Shown piece after piece: positions 39,361-47,947 of a stretch of DNA of 64,000 nucleotides. The DNA is taken from contig CALVZK010000001.1 in assembly GCA_944372505.1 (NCBI GenBank), forward strand, positions 65,185 to 129,184, given 5' to 3'. Each line of letters opens with the position of its first letter. The stretch's first letter is position 1. The notes under the pieces were generated by a model. It was not told where the DNA came from. It searched no databases and saw only the letters and a program-made list of their open reading frames with translations. A program made the translations under genes and the position numbers. The stretch is from an uncultured Clostridia bacterium. Lineage in GTDB: Bacteria; Bacillota; Clostridia; Christensenellales; UBA1242.

Positions 39361-40407
39361 CTATTCTTTTTTATTGTCATCATTTTTTGTACAATTAGCA
39401 TTATTGTCAAATAATTTATCGTCATTTTCCCCTTGTGAATTATTATTCAAAATATCTTCTTCATTTTTTTCGTTTATTTTTATATCATTCTCTTTGCCAA
39501 CCTCTTCAACTATCTTATCACTTTTCTTTTCTTCTCTAATTTTTCTTTTTTCTTCTTTTAACCTCATCTTTTTTTCTTTTTCTTCTAATTCACTTTTTAT
39601 ATTAAGTTCATAAACAGGTTGTAAATCTTTCAATGTCTTAATTTTGTTTTTTCTATGCAAAATTTCAGTTACAATTATCATAATAATTCCTGTTAAAATT
39701 AATAATATAGACAAAAGTTGTGAAACTTTTATAGCGCCAATATATAAACTATCTCCCCTTAATGCTTCAATCCAAGCTCTGCCAGTTCCATAAAGAATTA
39801 AATATAAATAAATTAATGAACCGCGATATTTTAATTTGTTTTTTCTTAAAAGAAATATTAATATAGCAAACACCATTAAGTCCCAAATGCATTCATAAAA
39901 AAACGTTGATAGATGCCAAACTCCATTTATTTTAGTAGACAAAGGAAACCATGTTAATGATGGATCTGTTACTTCTATCCCATAGCAACACCCTGCAAAA
40001 TAACAGCCTATTCTTCCAATAGCCTGACCTAATATCAAACTAGAAACAGCAATATCGCCTACATCTAAAAAATTTTTTTTATGAATTAAACAATAAAGAA
40101 TAATCCCAATTGCACCGCCGATGACTCCACCATAGATAGCCATTCCTCCTTCCCAAATTTTAAAGACATCCCAAAAAGAATATATTTTATCCAAACTAAA
40201 AATAACATAATAAATACGGGCGCCAATTATAGATAAAGGAAGTACATAACATGCAATAATTAAAAAATCATCAGTTTTTAAACCTCTTAAATTAGCATTT
40301 TTACATGCCAAAATTACGCCAAAAGCCATGCCTAGTGCAATAATTAACCCATAATAAGTTATGTTTAGTCCAAAAAATATAAAATAACTATCATAAAATC
40401 CAAACAT
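39361..40407 (-). CDS. lgt: prolipoprotein diacylglyceryl transferase with ~100-aa K/E-rich C-terminal extension
   Basis: Motifs: GQAIGRIGCYFAGCCYG, GARIYYV, and the Y..YG.GR..IE..R block. Confidence 0.9.
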   Translation of the reverse strand: MFGFYDSYFIFFGLNITYYGLIIALGMAFGVILACKNANLRGLKTDDFLIIACYVLPLSIIGARIYYVIFSLDKIYSFWDVFKIWEGGMAIYGGVIGGAIGIILYCLIHKKNFLDVGDIAVSSLILGQAIGRIGCYFAGCCYGIEVTDPSLTWFPLSTKINGVWHLSTFFYECIWDLMVFAILIFLLRKNKLKYRGSLIYLYLILYGTGRAWIEALRGDSLYIGAIKVSQLLSILLILTGIIMIIVTEILHRKNKIKTLKDLQPVYELNIKSELEEKEKKMRLKEEKRKIREEKKSDKIVEEVGKENDIKINEKNEEDILNNNSQGENDDKLFDNNANCTKNDDNKKE

Positions 40408-40470
40408 AGTTTTATTATAAGCATTTTATATAATTAATGTCAATTCTTTTTTATATTATAAATTTTTAGA

Positions 40471-40524
40471 TAAAATAAAAAATACAAGATGTAGTTTTTA
40501 AATTGTATTTAAATCTTGTATTTT
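40471..40524 (-). terminator. intrinsic terminator after the Rho-like ORF
   Basis: On the minus strand, ATACAAGAT-N22-ATCTTGTAT is followed by TTTTTTATTTT. Confidence 0.55.
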
Positions 40525-40527
40525 GGA

Positions 40528-41673
40528 TTAATTTATTTTTTTACTTATTTTTAATATATCTTGTTTTAAAAATTTATCATCGCAATCATTTTCGTTATAA
40601 CCTATTAATAAAGATATATTTCCTCCATTTTGATAAGCCATTCCTAAAGATAAGATTTTTTTAGAAACTACTATACTTTGCTTGCTATGTCCATCTTCTT
40701 CATCTTCTTTTACAAAACATTTATCTATAACTCGCAATATTTCATAAATATCTAAAATGTAAAATAAAACATTTTCTCCATCATTTGATAATTTTTCTAC
40801 ATATTGTATAGAATCTATAATACAGTTAAAATTTGTTTCATTTGATGACCCATATTTTGTAGTAAAATTGTCAAATTCAATGTTTTTAAAATAAATTTGA
40901 TTTTCAAATGAAGTGTTAATTCCCAAAACAACTAATTTTATTTTATTTTCTTTGCAATAGACTGAAAGATTTTTAAAATCATCGTTTTCATATATATCAT
41001 TTTCTATTTTCAAAGAATTTCTTCTACCTTCAAAAATAACTTTATCTTTTGAATAAGACATTTTATTCAAAGATATTATTTCTTCCCCTTTAAAAAAAGA
41101 TTTAGTAAAATATTCTTCCGCTAAAATATCATTTATTTTTAATATCTTTACAGCTAAATACTGATGTTGATTTTCTGTCTTGCAAACTATTGCTTTTACC
41201 TTGTCTCCATTTTTCAATTTGTCAAAGAAAGCAATATCTTCTTTTATAAAAACCCACACCTGTTTTACAATATCGTAATACTGTTTATACTTGTTATTAA
41301 TTCTAACAATTCCCTCTGAAATAATTTGTTCAGAATTATTATTTTGAGTAAAATTAGGAATAACTTGTGCAAATGTCAAAATATTTTCAAAAACCAATGG
41401 ATTATCTTCGCTATTCTGAAACTCATTTACAAGGGTATTCAAAATATCATCAATTGCAGATAATTTTTTACAAGGTCTACCCTTTCTTTTACCATTTGAA
41501 TCTATTATATTTCCCTCATTAAACTTATTAAGTATAAGTTCAATAAGCTCATCTCTTTTTTTTGTGGTTGGAGAAATTATTCCTAATTCTCTTGCTAAAC
41601 CTCTTAATTCAAAAACTCCTAATTGCTTAATAAGCAATTCCTTCTCTTCTCTTTGGTCTTTCTTCATTTGCAT
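40528..41673 (-). CDS. Rho-like protein: Rho_N/SAP-type N-terminus and OB-like RNA-binding region, with a C-terminal half lacking any Walker A motif
   Basis: The N-terminal LGVFELRGLARELGIISPTTKKRDELIELIL is Rho_N-like. The stretch IAFFDKLKNGDKVKAIVCKTENQHQYLAVKILKIND parallels E. coli Rho [35 protein letters not shown]. No GxxxxGK[ST] occurs in the 381 aa. Confidence 0.5.
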   Translation of the reverse strand: MQMKKDQREEKELLIKQLGVFELRGLARELGIISPTTKKRDELIELILNKFNEGNIIDSNGKRKGRPCKKLSAIDDILNTLVNEFQNSEDNPLVFENILTFAQVIPNFTQNNNSEQIISEGIVRINNKYKQYYDIVKQVWVFIKEDIAFFDKLKNGDKVKAIVCKTENQHQYLAVKILKINDILAEEYFTKSFFKGEEIISLNKMSYSKDKVIFEGRRNSLKIENDIYENDDFKNLSVYCKENKIKLVVLGINTSFENQIYFKNIEFDNFTTKYGSSNETNFNCIIDSIQYVEKLSNDGENVLFYILDIYEILRVIDKCFVKEDEEDGHSKQSIVVSKKILSLGMAYQNGGNISLLIGYNENDCDDKFLKQDILKISKKIN

Positions 41674-41688
41674 TCTCCTAATATTAAA

Positions 41689-41717
41689 ATTCTAAAATAG
41701 TATTTGCATTTTGTCAA
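41689..41717 (-). promoter_or_regulatory. sigma-A promoter of the Rho-like ORF (TTGACA-17-TAGAAT)
   Basis: The minus strand reads agTTGACAaaatgcaaatactatttTAGAAT, followed by SD AGGAGA and the ATG. Confidence 0.6.
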
Positions 41718-41724
41718 CTATTTT

Positions 41725-42747
41725 TCACCATATAGGAATAAAATTAATTATCACTCCTAACAGAATTGATAACAAAAGCAATATCAAAGTTATCAAAATG
41801 TTTAACCATGTTTTTTTATAATTTACTGTAAATAATACTATTAATCCTATACCTGCACCAGCACTTAACCCAGCAACTAGAGCTGGAAAAATTATTACAC
41901 CCTCCATAAAAAGTTCAACCAAAAATACTGAAGCGGCACAATTTGGAATAAGTCCTATTACACATGCAAGTAAAATTTGAATATAACTATTATTTGTAAA
42001 AAATTTCTGTAATGGTTCAAGTCCGCCACAATACCCTCGTATTAAATTAATTGCTAAAGTGGCAATAAATACATATGCAACGATTATTAAAGTATGTTGT
42101 AAAGCATCTAAAAAAATATTTGTAGCACAACAATGCGTATGTGTATGTTTATGTCCATTGTCCTTCTCGTGAGCATGATGACATTCACAAGTACTTTTAC
42201 CTTTTTTAATGCAATCTTCTTCTAAGTCTTTTATTTGCTCTTTTATCTCTTGTGATTGTAAGTTTGCCTCAGATTTATCATTAATATCAATAATTATTTT
42301 TTCATGTTTGCCATGATATTCATGTAAAACTAATTTCTTTTTAAGAAAAATTTTTAATATACCATCAATAATATAACCAACAATTATAGCATAAATCACT
42401 TTAATACCTATCATCAACAATAGACTTGGTATAAATTTGGGTTGAGAAATCATTAAAGGGATTGCTTCGTCACTTGTAGCAATAAAAACAGCAAAAAGTG
42501 TTCCAAGCGTTATCATTTTTTTTGAATATAACTGACTCATTAATGAAGAAAAACCACATTGAGGAACACAACCTAAAAATGCCCCAATAAATGGTCCAGC
42601 TTTTTTAGTATTATGCAAAATTTTAGAATATTTTTCATTTTCATTATGACTAAAATAGCCAACAATTAGATATGCAAGATAAAGAATAGGCACAACATAT
42701 AGTGTGTCTATTAATGCATCTAATAAACTATCCCAAAATATAGCCAT
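41725..42747 (-). CDS. putative 10-TM metal (Mn/heavy-metal) transporter, ArsP_2-like
   Basis: GAFLGCVPQCGFSS...TLGTLFAVFIATSDEAIPLM matches my recollection of the family signature. The central loop is CECHHAHEKDNGHKHTHTHCC. Confidence 0.55.
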   Translation of the reverse strand: MAIFWDSLLDALIDTLYVVPILYLAYLIVGYFSHNENEKYSKILHNTKKAGPFIGAFLGCVPQCGFSSLMSQLYSKKMITLGTLFAVFIATSDEAIPLMISQPKFIPSLLLMIGIKVIYAIIVGYIIDGILKIFLKKKLVLHEYHGKHEKIIIDINDKSEANLQSQEIKEQIKDLEEDCIKKGKSTCECHHAHEKDNGHKHTHTHCCATNIFLDALQHTLIIVAYVFIATLAINLIRGYCGGLEPLQKFFTNNSYIQILLACVIGLIPNCAASVFLVELFMEGVIIFPALVAGLSAGAGIGLIVLFTVNYKKTWLNILITLILLLLSILLGVIINFIPIW

Positions 42748-42822
42748 AATATCACCTTTAATATTTTAAAATTTATTATAAAACACCAACTTGTGGTGTT
42801 TTATTAATTTCCATCTTATTGA

Positions 42823-43767
42823 TCATTCTTCATCATTATTTGTTTCGCCTATTTTTAATTGTTTTGCTTTCTTTTTTCTGTGATTAATTGTTGACTCAAT
42901 TTCTTTTACTTCTTTATCATCTTCTTTTATTTCATCATTATTTATATTCTGTATTTCTTCTTCTACATTCTCTTCGTTAATGTTTTCTTTTGATGTATTT
43001 TCATTTATAATGTTCTCTTTCCCTTGCCTATACTCTTCCATTCGCTTTGCACTCTCTTGAGGCGAATACAAAATTATTGTTTGTTTATCTTGATATCCAA
43101 TTTCACCATTCATATTAGCTGAAATTAATGCTTTTCCTACCATTTCTTCAATTCTGCCATTATTAAATGTTGAAACTTCACTGTTATCAGCAAATAAATC
43201 TATTTTCCCATTATTTATTGTTCCTATTCTTCCATTATTCAATAAATAAGTTATATTTCCATCTAACATACTAACAAGATTAGCATTATTTTCTATCCCA
43301 ATTATTTGTCCACTAATCATTGTCACTATTCTTGCTTTGTTTCTTACAAACATAATACTACCGTTTGTTAATGTAGCAAGTTCTGCCTTGTCGTCAACAA
43401 ATCTAATAGAACCACCATTCATTGTGCCAATAGATGATTTCCCTTTAACATAATCTATAGAGCAAGTATTAATGGTAGTAATTGATGATTTTCCACAAAC
43501 TAATGTAACCTTTCCACTCTTTAAAAGTCCTATTTTTGCTTTGCCTGATAATACATCAATTTCACAATTTTCTACCATCTGCACTCTTGATTTGCCAGTT
43601 ATTTCTTTTATAGTAGAATTAAAACACTCTAACACTATAGCATTCCCACTTATAAAAACATTTTGGCATTTATTTAAAATGTGTACACCACTAGTTAAAG
43701 TAAAATTTGCTTCTTCATCATGAATAATTGGATCAATTATCTTATCACCTTTTTTTAATAAACACAT
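42823..43767 (-). CDS. hypothetical beta-solenoid repeat protein with charged disordered tail
   Basis: 314 aa with no signal peptide. About 9 tandem ~17-aa units are seen (e.g. GQIIGIENNANLVSMLD / GNITYLLNNGRIGTINN / GKIDLFADNSEVSTFNN / GRIEEMVGKALISANMN), followed by an E/K/N-rich tail. Confidence 0.6.
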   Translation of the reverse strand: MCLLKKGDKIIDPIIHDEEANFTLTSGVHILNKCQNVFISGNAIVLECFNSTIKEITGKSRVQMVENCEIDVLSGKAKIGLLKSGKVTLVCGKSSITTINTCSIDYVKGKSSIGTMNGGSIRFVDDKAELATLTNGSIMFVRNKARIVTMISGQIIGIENNANLVSMLDGNITYLLNNGRIGTINNGKIDLFADNSEVSTFNNGRIEEMVGKALISANMNGEIGYQDKQTIILYSPQESAKRMEEYRQGKENIINENTSKENINEENVEEEIQNINNDEIKEDDKEVKEIESTINHRKKKAKQLKIGETNNDEE

Positions 43768-43904
43768 AATTTTCCTCCATTTATTACTATATCAATATAC
43801 CACACTTATATTTTGTATGCAATTAAATTATAAAAAAATTAAAAATTTTACTCACTTTAATGTAAAAATTTTTTATATTTTACATAAATATTTTTTCAAA
43901 ATAA

Positions 43905-43937
43905 TAGTTGACAAGTCAACTATAAGTTGCGTATAAT
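43905..43937 (+). promoter_or_regulatory. marR promoter (TTGACA-18-TATAAT) with a perfect 18-bp palindrome over the -35 (candidate MarR operator)
   Basis: TAGTTGAC-AA-GTCAACTA lies at 43905-43922, the -35 at 43908-43913 and the -10 at 43932-43937. The ATG at 43945 lies 8 nt after the -10 and has no SD. Confidence 0.6.
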
Positions 43938-43944
43938 AAAACTT

Positions 43945-44403
43945 ATGAATGATTTTTTTATTAAAACAGTAACTACCATTAAAAAAAACTTACAGGGATA
44001 TTTTAATGAACAATTTAAAAGATATAATTTAAATAGTTCAGAAATTTTTATTATGCATTTACTTGATATCAAACATTCTTTATCTCAAATAGAACTCGCA
44101 AATATTTTAGAATGTAATAAATCCCATGTAAATAGAATTGTATCTAAACTTATTGACAAAAAATTAATTTTTTACTCACAAAATGTTCCCCTAAACATTA
44201 AACATTGTCGTAATGCAACTCTTTTACTAACTGAATATGGAAAATCTCTTGCAAAAAAATTTACAAAAATTATATTCCAAACATTCAACTCATTAAATAA
44301 AGATATAACTAAAGAAGAAGGATTGATAGCAAAACAGGTATTAATTAAAATACTAAATAATTCTTACGACATAAAATTAAATGGAGAAACGATAAATGAT
44401 TAA
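43945..44403 (+). CDS. MarR family transcriptional regulator
   Basis: It has a winged-helix region, LSQIELANILECNKSHVNRIVSKLIDKKLI. The ORF-track TTG at 43927 falls inside the promoter, so I chose the ATG at 43945. Confidence 0.8.
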   Translation: MNDFFIKTVTTIKKNLQGYFNEQFKRYNLNSSEIFIMHLLDIKHSLSQIELANILECNKSHVNRIVSKLIDKKLIFYSQNVPLNIKHCRNATLLLTEYGKSLAKKFTKIIFQTFNSLNKDITKEEGLIAKQVLIKILNNSYDIKLNGETIND

Positions 44404-46150
44404 ATTATTTAAATATTTAAATTGGAAAGAATGGATTTTAGTTCTTATAACTTTGTTAGTTGTTGCAGGTCAGGTTTGGTGCAATATATCTCTTCCACAA
44501 TGCACTCTTAAAATCAGTGAATATCTTCAAATGCCAGACATATCTTTGTATTGGACTGATATAGTTTGGGCTTGTATAGAAATGTTGCTTTATGCCGTAG
44601 GAGTTATAATATGTGCAATTATAGCAAACTTTTTAGCATCTTTTATTGTAACCAATTTACTTGCTAAAGTTAGAGGTAAAGTTTTTCATAAAGTAAATGA
44701 ATTTTCATCTGAAGAGATTAATAAATTTTCAATTCCTTCATTAATTACAAGATGTACAAACGATATTACGCAACTTCAACAAGTATTAGTTACTTTATTA
44801 ACATTGGGATTACAAGCCCCTCTTACTGCAATTTTAGCTATCATTAATATTGTCAATATTTCAAAAGATCACTCTGTTTTACAATTATCATGGGTCAACG
44901 TAGTTTCTGTTATCGCAATATGCTTGTTGGTTTCCATTATAATATTTACAATTGTTCCTAAATTTAAAAAAATACAAAAAGCAACAGATAATTTAAACCT
45001 CGTAACAAGAGAAAATTTAACAGGTCTTAAAGTTGTTAGAGCATACAGCGCAGAAAAAACACAAGAAAAAAAGTTTGAAAATGTAAATACAAAATTTGCA
45101 AAATTAGAACTTTTTGTAAGTAAAGTACTTGCAGTAATAGAACCAAGCTTAACTATAATAATGAATGTAACTTCTTTAGCAATAGTTTGGGTCATTGGCC
45201 TTCTTGCTGGAGAAAATCCTGCTCTTCTTACTATTATGAGTGCTTTCACACAATATTCTATATTTATAATAATGGGATTTACTTCTTTGTCCGTTCTCTT
45301 CATGTTTATCCCTCGTGGAGTAGTGAGCGGAAGACGTATTAATGAAGTTTTAGATACTAAAATAATTCTAAAAGATGGAAATGTTTTATTACCTTCTGAA
45401 AAAGGAACTATAGAGTTTAAAAATGTTTCTTTCCAATATAATAAAGCAGATGCATATGTTTTGGAAAATATATCATTTAAAGTTAATCAAGGTCAAACAA
45501 TAGCATTCATAGGATCTACTGGAAGTGGAAAAAGCACACTTATTAATCTTATCCCACGTTTTTATGATTGTAGTGAAGGCGAAATATTAATTGGCGGAAT
45601 TAATGTAAAAGATTATTCACAAGAAGCACTTCATAATTTAATAGGCTATGTTCCACAAAAAGGAATGCTCTTTAGTGGAAGCGTAAAGGATAACATTTGT
45701 TATGGAAAACAAAATGCTACAGATGAAGAAATTAAAAATGCAATAAGAATTTCTCAATCCAATTTTGTTTATGATTTCCCAGAAGGAATAAATTATTTTA
45801 TTTCTCAAGGTGGCAAAAATGTTTCAGGTGGTCAAAAGCAGAGATTATCTATTGCTAGAGCGATCATCAAAAATCCTGATATCCTTATATTTGATGACAG
45901 TTTTTCTGCTTTAGATTATAAAACAGACAAAACAGTCCGACGCAATTTAAATAAAGAATACAAAAACACTACAAAAGTTATTGTTGCTCAAAGAATTGGA
46001 ACTATTTTGAATGCAGACATTATTGTCGTTTTAGATGAAGGCAAGATAGTAGGTGTTGGAAAACATGTCGATTTACTTAAAAATTGCAAGGTTTACAAAG
46101 AAATTGCATTGTCTCAACTTTCACAGGAGGAATTACAACATGGAGCATAA
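44396..46150 (+). CDS. ABC exporter, fused permease/ATPase (heterodimer partner 1)
   Basis: It has a 6-TM N-terminal domain, Walker A GSTGSGKST, the signature VSGGQKQR and Walker B ILIFDD. Confidence 0.9.
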   Translation: MIKLFKYLNWKEWILVLITLLVVAGQVWCNISLPQCTLKISEYLQMPDISLYWTDIVWACIEMLLYAVGVIICAIIANFLASFIVTNLLAKVRGKVFHKVNEFSSEEINKFSIPSLITRCTNDITQLQQVLVTLLTLGLQAPLTAILAIINIVNISKDHSVLQLSWVNVVSVIAICLLVSIIIFTIVPKFKKIQKATDNLNLVTRENLTGLKVVRAYSAEKTQEKKFENVNTKFAKLELFVSKVLAVIEPSLTIIMNVTSLAIVWVIGLLAGENPALLTIMSAFTQYSIFIIMGFTSLSVLFMFIPRGVVSGRRINEVLDTKIILKDGNVLLPSEKGTIEFKNVSFQYNKADAYVLENISFKVNQGQTIAFIGSTGSGKSTLINLIPRFYDCSEGEILIGGINVKDYSQEALHNLIGYVPQKGMLFSGSVKDNICYGKQNATDEEIKNAIRISQSNFVYDFPEGINYFISQGGKNVSGGQKQRLSIARAIIKNPDILIFDDSFSALDYKTDKTVRRNLNKEYKNTTKVIVAQRIGTILNADIIVVLDEGKIVGVGKHVDLLKNCKVYKEIALSQLSQEELQHGA

Positions 46151-47939
46151 AAATATTAAACATTCCTCATTCAATAAAAATAAAGCAAAAGATTTTAAGG
46201 GAACTTTAAAAATGCTTTTAAAAAAAATGAGTTTATTTAAATGGCAAGCTATTATTGCATTAATCTTTGCCGTACTAGCTGCTATTTTAAATGTTCTTGG
46301 TCCAAAAGTATTAAATATGCTTATGACTATTCTCTTTGACAAAAATGGATATCAAATTAGTGAGGTTACAAAATTCGGTATAATCATTTTAGCAATGTAT
46401 ATTATTGCAGGACTCCTTGGATATTTTCAAGGCTATTTAATGGCGAAAGTTAGTGTTGGAATTTCTAAACAATTGAGAAACGAAATATCACTGAAAATAA
46501 ATAAATTGCCCCTTAAATATTTCGATCGACATAGTTATGGAGATGTGCTATCTAGAGTAACAAATGATGTAGATACAGTTGGAAATACTTTAGAGCGAAC
46601 TCTTTCCAGTATGATTACTTCTTCAGTAACAATTATAGGTATACCTATAATCATGTTTACAATCAGTTGGCAACTAACACTTATATCTCTTTTGCAAATC
46701 CCTCTTGCTCTTTTAGTCGTTTTCCTTGTTGTTAAATTTAATCAAAAATATTTTATTAGACAACAAAAATATTTAGGTGATATAAATGGTTACATTGAAG
46801 AAAACTTTTCTGCTCATTTAGTTGTTAAAGCATTTAATGGAGAAGAACGATCTCAAAATAGATTTGAAGAAATAAATAAAAATTTAAAAATATCTTCTAA
46901 AAAAGCACAGTTTTTTTCTGGTCTTATGCACCCTATCGTAAATTTTTCGAGCAACATTATATATGTACTAATTTGTTTGGTAGGAGCTACAATTGCTATA
47001 AAATCAAATGATTTATCTTTTCTTGCAACTATAATTACTTTTTTAACTTATACAAAATTATTCAATCAACCGGTTTCTCAAATAGGATCAATTTCTGCAA
47101 CATTACAATCAACAATGGCAGCAGCAGAAAGAGTCTTTGAATTTCTAAATGAAAAAGAACAAGAAGATGAAAGCGAAAAGGTCTTAACTATAGATAATAT
47201 AAAAGGTAAAGTAGAATTCAAACATGTTAATTTTGGATATAGTAAAGATAAACAAATAATATTTGATTTTAATTTTACTGCAAATCCAGGAGAAAAGATT
47301 GCTATAGTTGGGCAAACAGGTGCAGGTAAAACAACCATAGTTAATTTGTTAATGCGCTTTTATGAAATTGACAGTGGTGAAATTTTAATAGATGGCGTAA
47401 ACACTAAAGACATGAACAGAAGTTATGTAAGATCTCTTTTCGGTATGGTCTTACAAGACACTTGGCTTTTTGAAGGAACTATAAAAGAAAATTTACGTTT
47501 TGGGAAACCATCGGCTACTGACGAAGAAATAATTCAAGCATGCAAAATGGCAAATGTTGACCATTTTATTAGAACAGAACCAGGCGGATATGATATGGTT
47601 CTATCAGAAGACACAAATATATCCGCTGGTCAGAAACAACTTTTAACTATAGCAAGAGCTATGGTTCAAAATGCTCCCCTTTTAATTTTAGATGAAGCAA
47701 CTAGCTCTGTAGATACTAGAAAGGAAATTTTAATTCAAACAGCAATGGATAGACTTACCAAAGGTAGAACCAGTTTCGTTATTGCACATAGACTATCAAC
47801 AATAAAAAATGCGGACAAAATTATAGTTATGAAAGATGGAAATATTGTAGAAATAGGGACACATAATCAACTTATGAAAATCGGAGGCGTATATAAAGAT
47901 TTATATACAAGTCAGTTTGTTAATGGAGAAGAATTTTAG
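46140..47939 (+). CDS. ABC exporter, fused permease/ATPase (heterodimer partner 2)
   Basis: Walker A GQTGAGKTT, signature ISAGQKQL, Walker B LLILDEATS. The start is the ATG at 46140, after AGGAGG, and overlaps the upstream stop. Confidence 0.9.
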   Translation: MEHKNIKHSSFNKNKAKDFKGTLKMLLKKMSLFKWQAIIALIFAVLAAILNVLGPKVLNMLMTILFDKNGYQISEVTKFGIIILAMYIIAGLLGYFQGYLMAKVSVGISKQLRNEISLKINKLPLKYFDRHSYGDVLSRVTNDVDTVGNTLERTLSSMITSSVTIIGIPIIMFTISWQLTLISLLQIPLALLVVFLVVKFNQKYFIRQQKYLGDINGYIEENFSAHLVVKAFNGEERSQNRFEEINKNLKISSKKAQFFSGLMHPIVNFSSNIIYVLICLVGATIAIKSNDLSFLATIITFLTYTKLFNQPVSQIGSISATLQSTMAAAERVFEFLNEKEQEDESEKVLTIDNIKGKVEFKHVNFGYSKDKQIIFDFNFTANPGEKIAIVGQTGAGKTTIVNLLMRFYEIDSGEILIDGVNTKDMNRSYVRSLFGMVLQDTWLFEGTIKENLRFGKPSATDEEIIQACKMANVDHFIRTEPGGYDMVLSEDTNISAGQKQLLTIARAMVQNAPLLILDEATSSVDTRKEILIQTAMDRLTKGRTSFVIAHRLSTIKNADKIIVMKDGNIVEIGTHNQLMKIGGVYKDLYTSQFVNGEEF

Positions 47940-47947
47940 GAGGAAAT

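Noticed and set aside
46053-46139. N-terminal extensions offered by the ORF track: 46053 (ABC), 8498-8548, 30873-30929, 34668-34688, 23522-23542, 61575-61604, 7636-7650, 43927-43944 and 36277-36294.
   Set aside because: Each extension overlaps the upstream gene or a promoter and lacks an SD. An internal ATG or GTG with a good SD or conserved N-terminus is available, so I used the shorter coordinates.
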